Positions 1 through 8,832 of a stretch of 64,000 nt of DNA are shown piece after piece. This DNA is from a virus. The stretch is from the IMG/VR virus record IMGVR_UViG_3300027708_000060, positions 7,938-71,937 of that record, one strand, 5' to 3'. How positions within the stretch are numbered: the stretch's first letter is position 1; each line of letters begins with the position of its first letter. The notes below the pieces were generated by a model. It did no database searches. It was not told the DNA's origin and was given only the letters and a program-made list of their open reading frames with translations. Both the position numbers and the translations under genes were made by a program.

Positions 1-726
1 AATGACACAGTCGTTATGTATCGTGCTTTTGCTAGAGAGCTTGAGCGCTTACGTGATGAGTGTGAGCCAGGTTGGAACAAAGGCGTACCAAGTGGTAAGC
101 TAAATGTCCAACGTGTTATCAATGGATGTGAAGTAGACGAAGCCTTTGACCGTTGGGAAGAGGGTAACGATGGTGCTGATGTAGAAGCGGTGATCTTAGT
201 TGATCGATCCGGTTCTATGAGCAGTGACCAAAATGATCGTAGCGCATCCTTAGCATGCTGGACTATCAAGCGTGCTCTTGAGGCTATCGATGCACCGGTA
301 ACGGTGTACGCATTCGATGATAAAACCGAGATTGCCTACAAACGTACAGAGCGTGCTCACAAAACACGCTTTAAGTTTATATATGGCAATGGAGGTACCA
401 ATCCATATGGCTCACTGATTGCTGCTGAACAGCTTCTCATGTCTTCTCGTAAGAAGAACAAAATGCTGTTTATCATTACTGATGGTGCGTTTAACCACGA
501 AAGAAATGACGAGGTTATACAACGTATTAGTAAGCGTGGCATTCTAACTGCGATGACTCTAATCATGCGTGATCGAGATTACACGTGGTATACAGAACGT
601 GGAGAAAGCGATAATAGTTTTCGCCATGAAGCTGAAATCTATGGGCGTATCAACTCTGCCCGTGATCTAATCCCATTTGCCAAAGCGGTAGTAATGGGTG
701 CAATCAAAAAGCGTAGAAGCGCTTAA
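1..726 (+). CDS. VWA (MIDAS) domain protein, CobT/MoxR-partner type, 5' truncated by the window edge
   Basis: ILVDRSGSM MIDAS motif, GGT and FIITDG motifs; frame is open back to position 1. Confidence 0.85.
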   Translation, partial: NDTVVMYRAFARELERLRDECEPGWNKGVPSGKLNVQRVINGCEVDEAFDRWEEGNDGADVEAVILVDRSGSMSSDQNDRSASLACWTIKRALEAIDAPVTVYAFDDKTEIAYKRTERAHKTRFKFIYGNGGTNPYGSLIAAEQLLMSSRKKNKMLFIITDGAFNHERNDEVIQRISKRGILTAMTLIMRDRDYTWYTERGESDNSFRHEAEIYGRINSARDLIPFAKAVVMGAIKKRRSA

Positions 727-748
727 CCAACACAAACAAGGAGGAAAA

Positions 749-940
749 ATGTACACAGTATATGACAATGTCACAGAAACACTTATAGGGCCATTCAATG
801 ACTATGAAAGTGCAGAGATGTTCATACTGCATGCTTCAGATGCCATGATTGATGGTGGCGCCAATCTAACAATCGAATCCATCTCTGAACCACAGGAATG
901 GGCAATGGATAATCACCTATTAATGGAAGCGGTAATGTAA
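749..940 (+). CDS. hypothetical protein
   Basis: AAGGAGG RBS before ATG 749; TAATG coupling to the next gene. Confidence 0.7.
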   Translation: MYTVYDNVTETLIGPFNDYESAEMFILHASDAMIDGGANLTIESISEPQEWAMDNHLLMEAVM

Positions 941-1260
941 TGGGAGAAGTGTTTAACTTCGAAGAATATCTAACAGCAAAAAAAGCTGGAGTATCTATAC
1001 AGGCACTCAGGTCTGCTAGACAAGTAGCAGGGGAGATGATTAAAGAATTTACTCCAGAAGAATTAGCGGGTGAGTACTATCAATATGATGTGGATCCAGA
1101 TGAGTCAGATTGGCCGCCTGGTTACCCATTTATATTGAAAGAGGACTCGCTAAAACCTGAACACCAAATGTGTAAACATTTTGAGTGGGAGGTAATGGAA
1201 GAGGACTATCAAGTCCGTTGTACATCATGTAACCTAAACGCTTGGAGCGCACCATGGTAA
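940..1260 (+). CDS. hypothetical protein with C-terminal CxH...CxxC zinc-ribbon-like motif
   Basis: CKH...CTSC; coupled to neighbours. Confidence 0.65.
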   Translation: MGEVFNFEEYLTAKKAGVSIQALRSARQVAGEMIKEFTPEELAGEYYQYDVDPDESDWPPGYPFILKEDSLKPEHQMCKHFEWEVMEEDYQVRCTSCNLNAWSAPW

Positions 1261-1706
1261 ATACATTTCTACCGTATGCAAACTTCGTGCAAGTAGCGGA
1301 ATCCTTAGACGATAGGAGATTGGGTAAGCAACGTGTAGAAGCGTTTCAAATACTCAAGGCCAACCTGGGTCTAACTGAGGGATGGCGCAATCACCCTGCT
1401 GCTGTAATGTGGCGTGGTAACGAAGGTATGCTAGCTGCCTATGCTATCACTATGTGTAATGAGTGGTCAAAGCGTGGGTTCGTAGATAATATGAGGGGGC
1501 AAATAATCGAACTTATGAAACAACATAAGCTTGTAGCTATCAAGAAACCTTGGTGGTTAGGAGCAGAAGAGTTTCATAAGAGTCATCAATCTAACTTAAA
1601 GCGTAAGCTTCCAGAGCATTATGACTTTGAGGTAGAAGATGACTTGCCATACAAATGGCCTATGCCAGATGGGTCATTCCGAGTAACAACAAAGGGGGTG
1701 GAATAA
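1254..1706 (+). CDS. pyrimidine-dimer DNA glycosylase / endonuclease V-like protein (MSMEG_6728 family)
   Basis: TFLPY..F...A..LD.RRLGKQRVEA.QI, GWRNHPA..MWRG, PWWLG, H.SHQSNL.RK motifs. Confidence 0.85.
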   Translation: MVNTFLPYANFVQVAESLDDRRLGKQRVEAFQILKANLGLTEGWRNHPAAVMWRGNEGMLAAYAITMCNEWSKRGFVDNMRGQIIELMKQHKLVAIKKPWWLGAEEFHKSHQSNLKRKLPEHYDFEVEDDLPYKWPMPDGSFRVTTKGVE

Positions 1707-1930
1707 TGGTAGATAGAAATATGTATAGAGTAACAATCCATGAACATAGGATATATGACTCATTCATTACAGCATCATCCGAAGCTGAAGCTAAAGCTCT
1801 TGCTGAAGAACAGATTATGGATGAGAACTCAGCCAAATGGCGTGAGGACTTTAACGCTGGATGGGCTGAAGTAGGAGACATATATAATGAAACCGAAGAA
1901 GATGAAATAAATGCCGCACTGATACTGTGA
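1706..1930 (+). CDS. hypothetical acidic protein
   Basis: TAATG coupling with the previous gene; intact ORF. Confidence 0.6.
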   Translation: MVDRNMYRVTIHEHRIYDSFITASSEAEAKALAEEQIMDENSAKWREDFNAGWAEVGDIYNETEEDEINAALIL

Positions 1931-1967
1931 CATCGCCCAACACAAACATCAGCAGAAATGGGAGAAA

Positions 1968-2177
1968 ATGTCCAATGACAAGTTAACAACAAAACTCAAA
2001 ATACTCTATGAGGTAACTATTGCCAAGTGGCGTATTGGAGATCAAGAACAAATAGAAAACCGAGAATGGTGTCTATATGTGTATGACCGCAACAAAGAAG
2101 AATGGATCCAGGTTAATGCATTAGATTCACCAGGCGAAGGTGCAGTTATTAAACACATACACATAATAGAAGAGTAA
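1968..2177 (+). CDS. hypothetical protein
   Basis: GGAG RBS; intact ORF in operon. Confidence 0.6.
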   Translation: MSNDKLTTKLKILYEVTIAKWRIGDQEQIENREWCLYVYDRNKEEWIQVNALDSPGEGAVIKHIHIIEE

Positions 2178-2244
2178 CCCCGGGCGCATGTCCGGGGTAC
2201 TCAACTGAGGGTGATAACTCTGTCGTACTTAGAGCTAGCACCTT
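2172..2244 (+). promoter_or_regulatory. two adjacent RNA hairpins upstream of the HicA-like gene
   Basis: GAGTA-a-CCCCGGGC-gcat-GTCCGGGG-TACTC (2172-2202) and AGGGTG..CTCT-loop-AGAG..CACCTT (2208-2244). Confidence 0.5.
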
Positions 2245-2276
2245 TAGTATACCTTACACACTAGAAAGGATATCCA

Positions 2277-2516
2277 ATGTTCGAATTTGCTAACTTTCAA
2301 TTGAAGGATAAACAAATGCGAAAACTGATCTCTGCTCTAGAGGATGCTGGCCTTGACGTCTCAATAACGCCAGGCAAGCACCACATAAAAGTGGTCAATA
2401 GTGACACCAAACAAGTGGTATTCTTTGGACAACAGTCCTTAGGAGACTTTAGAGCAGGAAAAAATATACTCAGAGACCTAAAGAAGGTAGGCTTTGAGTC
2501 AAACATAAAACTATAG
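2277..2516 (+). CDS. HicA-like toxin-fold protein
   Basis: MRKLISALEDAGLDVSITPGKHHIKV...VVFF....GDFRAGKNILRDLKKVG fits the actinophage HicA-like pattern; AGAAAGGA RBS. Confidence 0.6.
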   Translation: MFEFANFQLKDKQMRKLISALEDAGLDVSITPGKHHIKVVNSDTKQVVFFGQQSLGDFRAGKNILRDLKKVGFESNIKL

Positions 2517-2527
2517 GAGAGCAACAA

Positions 2528-2818
2528 ATGGATAAAAAAGTATCACAAATGCTAAAAGCAGATCTAAATAAGAACGTCATCGTAGAAAAAGGTGGAGCAT
2601 GGTTACTACATATAACAGTAACAGAAGAAGACACCACCATAACAGATAGCTTTACAGCATGGGCTAACCCATCTGCTGCTAAACGCTATCTAAAGCAGTT
2701 CGTAATCAGATTCACACCACGCAAGTCTATTAAGATGGTAGTTCAAGCTACAACTCCACTAGGTAAGCCGTCTCATTTAACTGGCGAACTAACCTATAAG
2801 GTAGACGAGAGAGCATAA
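2528..2818 (+). CDS. hypothetical protein
   Basis: AGGAG RBS; intact ORF. Confidence 0.65.
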   Translation: MDKKVSQMLKADLNKNVIVEKGGAWLLHITVTEEDTTITDSFTAWANPSAAKRYLKQFVIRFTPRKSIKMVVQATTPLGKPSHLTGELTYKVDERA

Positions 2819-3015
2819 TGGATATGGAAACAGTTAAACCCCTGACATGTAGTAACTGCCATGGCAGGGGATATCTATTCTTTGGTAACACAGAAGAATG
2901 GGATGTACAACCTTGTGAAGACTGTGATGATGAGGCGGGAGCTAACTATCTCCTAGCTGCTGATGCATATGACCAAATAGAAATGGAAATGGAGGACAAA
3001 GATGGCACGTTATAG
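2818..3015 (+). CDS. small CxxCxGxG...CxxC zinc-finger protein
   Basis: CSNCHGRG and CEDC motifs; TAATG coupling. Confidence 0.6.
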   Translation: MDMETVKPLTCSNCHGRGYLFFGNTEEWDVQPCEDCDDEAGANYLLAADAYDQIEMEMEDKDGTL

Positions 3016-3214
3016 CGTTATATTCGATAGTAGTAGGGCAGGAGTATTATCATTCATAGCGGATGATGATAACCACGCAATTGAAATCTATGAAAATCTT
3101 TTAACAGAGGATATCTATATAGATGATCTTGATGATGCCCAGGAACAAACTGAAGAGAGTAGTTCTACGTTCTATGAACTACGCTCTGGTAACGGTAAGT
3201 TAATAGCCGAATAA
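3002..3214 (+). CDS. hypothetical acidic protein
   Basis: GGAGG RBS; last gene of the plus-strand block. Confidence 0.6.
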   Translation: MARYSVIFDSSRAGVLSFIADDDNHAIEIYENLLTEDIYIDDLDDAQEQTEESSSTFYELRSGNGKLIAE

Positions 3215-3221
3215 TCTCAAA

Positions 3222-3262
3222 CAAAAAGCCCCTCGGCCATTATGGTCGGGGGGCTTAATGTT
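3222..3262. terminator. intrinsic terminator between convergent blocks, possibly bidirectional
   Basis: AAGCCCCTCGGCCA-tta-TGGTCGGGGGGCTT stem with an A-run on the left and T-rich sequence on the right. Confidence 0.8.
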
Positions 3263-3274
3263 TGTGTTGGCCGT

Positions 3275-3436
3275 TTATGCGAGGTCTTCGTCAGCCTCTG
3301 GCTCATCATCAACAATTGAATCCTCTAGATCTTCTAGATCTTCCTCATCGAAATCAAAGTCTTCAAAGCCATCCTCAAGCTCTGCTTCAAAATCTTCATC
3401 GAATAGGTCTGGATTGATATCTTGCTCTTCTGACAC
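3275..3436 (-). CDS. 53-aa hyperacidic microprotein (not in the ORF track)
   Basis: AGGAG RBS then GTG; (M)SEEQDINPDLFDEDFEAELEDGFEDFDFDEEDLEDLEDSIVDDEPEADEDLA; lies between the RNR stop and the terminator. Confidence 0.7.
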   Translation of the reverse strand: MSEEQDINPDLFDEDFEAELEDGFEDFDFDEEDLEDLEDSIVDDEPEADEDLA

Positions 3437-3445
3437 GCTATCTCC

Positions 3446-5479
3446 TTAGTTAGTTTTGATGTCTTCTGGATTTACATCTTTGATCATTTTTACTTCACAT
3501 GCGTCTGTTGTACAGTAAGCCTCACCAACAGCATCAAATGCCATTCCAGCATAGACACCGCTTAGATCGATTGGGAATAGGGTCATGCGACCTTCTTCGT
3601 ACTCTTCAGGATTACTGCGAGTATATGGCATCTGGGGGTATGCCCCGTCATCCATTGCTAAGAATGAAACAGTTTTAAGTTGTCCATCATACATGTGCAG
3701 AGCTGTACCAATTGCTTCTGCTTCAGTCTTAGGGTCAAATGATACGGTGACAGATACAGAGTTGTCAGACCAATATCGTTGTGCAGTTGCGGCTAGTGCC
3801 ATTTTTTCATAGATAGATACTTCCTTTTCAGAGCGTACTGCTTGTGCTTCGATTGGGAAGTACACAACTGATGTTGTATCTGGGGAATGTACCTCAGGTT
3901 CAACACGGTAATTAGCCATCTTAAACAGTGGCAGCATAGGATCATTGTTAGCAAAACGAATGGTACGAAGGAAGTACTTTCCACCCGGTGTCCAGTGAAC
4001 TCCAGGAGACTCGCCAGCTAAAATAGAGACTGTTCCTGATGGCTTGATGGTTGTGGTCTTAATAGACTCACGGATACCTAACCACTCTGAGTAACTCTTA
4101 TCATAGCCTTGAACTGTTGCATAGCCCTCATCCATCCACTTACGTAGGACAGGGAGGCCTTTAGTGTCAGCAAAATTAGCCACGCCTGAAATAGAGGTTC
4201 CAATGCGACGGTTGCGTTGCATGATTGCATTGGTTTCTTCCCAGTGAGTTGGAAGAAGAGTTACAGTCTTAGCATAGAGATAAGCGAACTTAAGAGTGCG
4301 CTTGAAATCCTCAAGAGTCTCGTGGCGACCAATATAGGTCTCAACAAGAGTACAGCACTCCATAGATTCTAGAGATTGCTCAGCACATGGGTTATAGCCG
4401 GCAGCTCTCCAGTCTTTATTATTAATTGGGTCTGATAGACGACCGTATTGACGGGTAACATCCATCCAGATTACGCCAGGTTCACCGTTACGAGCAATAC
4501 CATCAATGATGGGAGATAGATCTTGTCCTACAGATACCTCAACAGAGTTGTTAGACATCCAGCCGTGGCCTATACGTTCTGGGTACTTATCGTAGTTCTT
4601 AAGATTAAGAAATACTTCATCATCAATCTTACCCATAAGTAGCTCAGCTGATCGGCGTACGTTTCCAGATACTACGCATACTCCAATTAAGTTTCCAAGA
4701 TCTGCGATATCACGAACGGTTAGCTTTTCTCCAGCACGGCCTGAGAAGATACTGTCAATGTGCTTATGAAGTTTGATTAGTGGTTCTGCTCCGGCTGCTG
4801 TGCCCCCAAAGGTTTTAATCTGAGTTCCTGCAGGCCTGATTTGGCTGTAGTCGAATACAGGCTTCTTCTTATCTGATGTAAGGTAGCTATTGATGACGGT
4901 AGTGGTGCTTTCAACCCAGCCCTCACGGGTGTCTGGGATGATGATTGGATCGGAATCTGGTTGTGGGTCATAGATCGTAAAGTCCTTGTCTGCACCCTTG
5001 GTATCAAAGCCTACGCCGACTCCCAGCATAGATGCTTCCATTAAGAATGCGAATGGTTTGGCAGGGTTAATCTTGGTCATCGCATCTGTGGATACAAAGG
5101 AACAGTTCTGCAACGCTGCAGAATTCTTTTGAACATTGACGAGGGGAGTTCCCATCATCCATAGACCACGACCAGGTGGAGTCCATTTGAATTCGAACAT
5201 ACGGTCGAATGCTTCTTTAGCCGAGGCTTGAGCCTTAGCATCTGACCATGGGAGACGTTGGCTCTTAGCATGGTCTTTTTGGATTGAGTACATGCCATTA
5301 ATAACACGCTCACAAGTATCTGCCCAAGTCTCCTTGGTTCCATCCTCTTTAAGACGAGAATAAGTTCTGATAAAAGTAATTTCCCCGACAGAGTTTCCCG
5401 CAGCATCACGGTACCCCCAGTTAACCTTCTTGGAACGGTAGGTATTTACAAACTCTTCAGCAAGATTAAACGAAAACAA
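3446..5479 (-). CDS. nrdJ: class II (adenosylcobalamin-dependent) ribonucleotide reductase, monomeric RTPR type
   Basis: PPGRGLW, ALQNC, VVSGNVRRSA, NPCAEQSL, TTIKPSGTVS and C-terminal CTTDAC motifs; TTG start. Confidence 0.93.
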   Translation of the reverse strand: MFSFNLAEEFVNTYRSKKVNWGYRDAAGNSVGEITFIRTYSRLKEDGTKETWADTCERVINGMYSIQKDHAKSQRLPWSDAKAQASAKEAFDRMFEFKWTPPGRGLWMMGTPLVNVQKNSAALQNCSFVSTDAMTKINPAKPFAFLMEASMLGVGVGFDTKGADKDFTIYDPQPDSDPIIIPDTREGWVESTTTVINSYLTSDKKKPVFDYSQIRPAGTQIKTFGGTAAGAEPLIKLHKHIDSIFSGRAGEKLTVRDIADLGNLIGVCVVSGNVRRSAELLMGKIDDEVFLNLKNYDKYPERIGHGWMSNNSVEVSVGQDLSPIIDGIARNGEPGVIWMDVTRQYGRLSDPINNKDWRAAGYNPCAEQSLESMECCTLVETYIGRHETLEDFKRTLKFAYLYAKTVTLLPTHWEETNAIMQRNRRIGTSISGVANFADTKGLPVLRKWMDEGYATVQGYDKSYSEWLGIRESIKTTTIKPSGTVSILAGESPGVHWTPGGKYFLRTIRFANNDPMLPLFKMANYRVEPEVHSPDTTSVVYFPIEAQAVRSEKEVSIYEKMALAATAQRYWSDNSVSVTVSFDPKTEAEAIGTALHMYDGQLKTVSFLAMDDGAYPQMPYTRSNPEEYEEGRMTLFPIDLSGVYAGMAFDAVGEAYCTTDACEVKMIKDVNPEDIKTN

Positions 5480-5520
5480 TTACAGCCTCTTTTCTAGGTG
5501 GGATTTACTATTAACAGGTA

Positions 5521-6999
5521 TTAAAGTTTAAAGCCCTCATCTAATATTCTACTCGATTGGGCCTCACTTAGTCCACCGTTAGGGAGCTCACGGAGAGTGT
5601 TAGCTTTGTCACCAAATAGGGCTGACAATACACCGCCAGAAGTTTGGCGCTCTGCTGTGATACGGATGAACTCTTTATTCTCTTCCAGTTCTTTCATTTG
5701 ACCAACCAATTTAAAGAGTCGATCAATCTCTTGTCCAGTGTTAGGATCCGGGTATCCGCCGTTCAATTCCTCTGCATATCGTGCAAAAGCGACTCTAGCG
5801 CCCTGCATTTCGATAACTGTGTTGAGTAAACCCTTAAGTTGCTCTTTAGTCTTAATCTCTACAGGTAGATTGAAAGCACAACTATTAGCAGGTTTAAAAG
5901 CAGGACAATTTGCCGCTACAAAGCAAGTATCGCATTGACGAAGTGATGCAGAGGTGCTAGAAAGGATAGGTACATCTTTAAGAACATCTTTTCCATCCTC
6001 ATCTTTTTCAACAACCGTCTTAACTTTTACACCAAAAACAGGCAGAATCTGACGGTCATTTACGTCTCTTTCTGCCAAAACTTTCCTACCTTCTGAAGGT
6101 CTCTTATCAGGAAGCGCACCACCTGTTTCCGCACTTCCTGGGTCATCTATAAACTCACTGTTATCAGATAGCTTCTTACCGGATCTTTTATCCAAGGCGT
6201 TCTCCAGTTGCATGTAGGACCATATAGCGAGGCGGGTTACCTCATTACTATCGTCATTAATAATCTTGTCGTAGTCTAAACCAGCTCTCTCAATGATCGC
6301 TTTATAGCGAGGACGAGCTTGATCTTTTTGCTTCTTCTGGTAACGAACCAAACGGGTTCCATCCCAGACAATTGTTTCTCCACGCATCATTGGACTTAAC
6401 CAAGAAAGACTGCTTGCTGTGGTCAATGCCACCTGGCGTAGGTTATCAGGTTTGGCACATGCCACACCGTGAAATTGTAGATCAGGGAACTCATTTAGAA
6501 GGGCTCTAGAACGGGCTGCAAGGCTTGTATCGTCCTCTAAAGTCTCTCCTAGTAGGGCAATGTTCATGTATCGCTCTGCAAGGCCGTAGAGGGCCGTATG
6601 GCCTAATTCTGGGTGCCACACTACCCAAAGCTTATCTTCCCCAAGATTCTCAATCATAGTGGTGCGATGGTAGTTAGTCCATGAAGGCCCAAGTACTTTA
6701 GCGTCTAGCTCAGTAGCTCCAGAGATTCTTTCGGCATTGATGCCGACCCATTCCTGGTAGTTCTCCGCATACTCTTGAATCTCACGCTCAGTCATGTTAA
6801 GGTCATTGATCTGGTGCCCGCCACCATCTACGTAGACTTTAACATCATCCGGAAATCTTCCCTGGATCAAGTAATCTTTGGTCTTAGGCAAGCCACGCTT
6901 GACTAAACGATAATAGTTGACGCTAACATGCTTAACTCCCATGTTAGTAAGTAATATGCGATGGGACGGTACTTCAGCCCCCATGAATACCAGGTTCAT
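5521..6999 (-). CDS. divergent TGT/DpdA-like TIM-barrel protein with C-terminal Cys cluster
   Basis: Motif order VYVDGGGHQ, ELD, VVWH, IALLG, FHGVA, ASSLSW parallels DSGxF, LD, PVxH, IALGG, IHxFG, SxDSxSW; then CDTC-x5-C-x8-C. Confidence 0.55.
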   Translation of the reverse strand: MNLVFMGAEVPSHRILLTNMGVKHVSVNYYRLVKRGLPKTKDYLIQGRFPDDVKVYVDGGGHQINDLNMTEREIQEYAENYQEWVGINAERISGATELDAKVLGPSWTNYHRTTMIENLGEDKLWVVWHPELGHTALYGLAERYMNIALLGETLEDDTSLAARSRALLNEFPDLQFHGVACAKPDNLRQVALTTASSLSWLSPMMRGETIVWDGTRLVRYQKKQKDQARPRYKAIIERAGLDYDKIINDDSNEVTRLAIWSYMQLENALDKRSGKKLSDNSEFIDDPGSAETGGALPDKRPSEGRKVLAERDVNDRQILPVFGVKVKTVVEKDEDGKDVLKDVPILSSTSASLRQCDTCFVAANCPAFKPANSCAFNLPVEIKTKEQLKGLLNTVIEMQGARVAFARYAEELNGGYPDPNTGQEIDRLFKLVGQMKELEENKEFIRITAERQTSGGVLSALFGDKANTLRELPNGGLSEAQSSRILDEGFKL

Positions 7000-7457
7000 T
7001 CGAACCGGTTGATTCTACTACCTAGGTGAGCTTCCAAAAGAGCTTCACGCTGCAGATCTACTTCTTTCTGCAGATCTTCCCACGGTTTAACACTGCGGTT
7101 AGTTCTAACAAAACGAGGAGAAGCAAACATAATAGTTGGGATGTTCATAGATAGGGCAGCAGCGCAAAAATCTGCGTCTGAGTCAATAAATAGCTCAACC
7201 TTGCCTTGCGACTTAGCTATATCCAGGTGGCGTAGGCGTAGCTCTTGTCCTACAAAAAACTTTGAATTATCATAGATATCGCCGTACCCAAAGATTAAAT
7301 GGCTACGAAGCCAATGCTCAGTTTTATCTGGATCCATATCGGAGCTTAAAACAACACGATAAACTTCAGAAAGAATTCGGAACAGCTTAATGCCTTCCGG
7401 GATTGGATCTCCAACCTCGGTCATTAAAACACCCTCTATTGCAATAATTGCTGACAT
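6996..7457 (-). CDS. HAD-fold-like protein with degenerate motif I
   Basis: IIAIEGVL (cf. DxDGVL), P.PEG..L, VVLSS, T..WL and LFIDSD resemble PNKP-type HAD phosphatases. Confidence 0.5.
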   Translation of the reverse strand: MSAIIAIEGVLMTEVGDPIPEGIKLFRILSEVYRVVLSSDMDPDKTEHWLRSHLIFGYGDIYDNSKFFVGQELRLRHLDIAKSQGKVELFIDSDADFCAAALSMNIPTIMFASPRFVRTNRSVKPWEDLQKEVDLQREALLEAHLGSRINRFE

Positions 7458-7555
7458 CATTCCTCATCTTTGTCCAAATGTTTCTGCTCACAATATCTTG
7501 CGAGAGAAGTTACCACGTACATCTTGTTGCAGATCTGGCATTGGTACCTGTCCAT
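7457..7555 (-). CDS. 32-aa zinc-finger microprotein (not in the ORF track)
   Basis: MDRYQCQICNKMYVVTSLARYCEQKHLDKDEE; CxxC...CxxxH; TAGAAT 6 nt upstream of ATG; TGATG overlap with the next gene. Confidence 0.65.
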   Translation of the reverse strand: MDRYQCQICNKMYVVTSLARYCEQKHLDKDEE

Positions 7556-7573
7556 GCCCTTATTCTACAGCAT

Positions 7574-8488
7574 CTAACCTCGGAGTGTTCTCCGTATAAG
7601 CGTAGCTGTAGTTGGAAGCTCTATACCATAGAGCTCTTTTTGACTCTTTTTTTCTAACGAATCTCTTTGATCTTTGATAGTTCTTAAAGCTTGTATAGCT
7701 CCAGATTTCTTACCGGCTTGCCAGCGATAGTTGTGGAAGTCTGCGTACCCGGTACCCGTCTGACTGAATGCAATATTGCGACCATGATGAACATCATCAT
7801 AGAATGCGACAGCTTGATCTTGAGCAAGTCTCAGCTTTCTCTCAGCATTAATTCGATAAGCATCATTTGGTGCTCCTCTAAGATCATTGATAGCGCTGTT
7901 ATACCTATCTAAGATCTCCGCCGCCATGTCATGATCACGCTGTGCTTTTTGTTCCCAATCACGACTGAATGGTGGTTGAGGATTGTGCTCAGGTTTTACA
8001 GTCCAAGCATCCGCAATAAGATCATAGGCTGCATACGGGTTAATCTCCCGAATATCAGTTGCAGGGTTTACATAAAATGTAAGCTCGTAGCCTTCCCAGT
8101 TACGGGTATTAGGCATAATCTCAGCATTAAAGCTTTCATTGAACATAGAAGCTATCTCTTGATTAGAGAAGCCTATATATTCTGGGTTTGATTGACGAAA
8201 CTTTACATACTCAATACCAACAAGACAATCCAGATCGCCAGGTTGACGAGCTGCTTGCCATTGATAAGAGACACCAGAACCAGCTAACCAAGCTCTAGTC
8301 CAATTATATGGATCAGAGAAATTGCGGCCTAAGAAATCAAAAAGAATCTCTAAGATTCCATCACGCATAGTTATGCGTAATGATTCACCTTGGAATAAAC
8401 GAGGATCTAGTTCAGCTGCAGGTGCGCTGAAATAAGAAGTAGCCCCGGGTGCAATACCCGGAGCCTTCTGATAATCATAAATTCCCAT
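7574..8488 (-). CDS. Pol-beta superfamily nucleotidyltransferase
   Basis: WLAGSGVSYQW...GDLDCLV (hGS...DxD) and downstream ELTFYV strand; helical C-terminal domain. Confidence 0.75.
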   Translation of the reverse strand: MGIYDYQKAPGIAPGATSYFSAPAAELDPRLFQGESLRITMRDGILEILFDFLGRNFSDPYNWTRAWLAGSGVSYQWQAARQPGDLDCLVGIEYVKFRQSNPEYIGFSNQEIASMFNESFNAEIMPNTRNWEGYELTFYVNPATDIREINPYAAYDLIADAWTVKPEHNPQPPFSRDWEQKAQRDHDMAAEILDRYNSAINDLRGAPNDAYRINAERKLRLAQDQAVAFYDDVHHGRNIAFSQTGTGYADFHNYRWQAGKKSGAIQALRTIKDQRDSLEKKSQKELYGIELPTTATLIRRTLRG

Positions 8489-8542
8489 ATCCGTATTCTT
8501 TCATCCTCACGTAGTTACGTCTTGGCTTGAATACTATTAATA

Positions 8543-8824
8543 TTAGGAGTTTTTAGCTGCCTTAGCTTCTTCTGCAATAGCTGCAATTCGAAGCGCTGAG
8601 TATTCAGCTGCTGCCTGTGCCTGAAGATCCATAAGAATTTCAGAGGTGTAGCGGCGAACTTCGATAAGAGTTGCTTCACGCTCTACTGGCAAAGAAAATA
8701 CCGATGGGCTCTTTTCAATGAATACGTTTCCGCCATCATCAATAAGAACAGCAAAACCAAACTTAATTGCTGGATGAGCTGGAGCTTCGGCTGTCGCATC
8801 TGAGGTTGTTGTTTCGTCTGTCAT
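8543..8824 (-). CDS. hypothetical protein
   Basis: intact ORF with AGGA RBS. Confidence 0.65.
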   Translation of the reverse strand: MTDETTTSDATAEAPAHPAIKFGFAVLIDDGGNVFIEKSPSVFSLPVEREATLIEVRRYTSEILMDLQAQAAAEYSALRIAAIAEEAKAAKNS

Positions 8825-8832
8825 TTTATATC

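Noticed and set aside
3258-3449. Ser-rich plus-strand ORF in the track
   Set aside because: Antisense shadow of the acidic minus-strand ORF 3275-3436, which has the RBS and operon context
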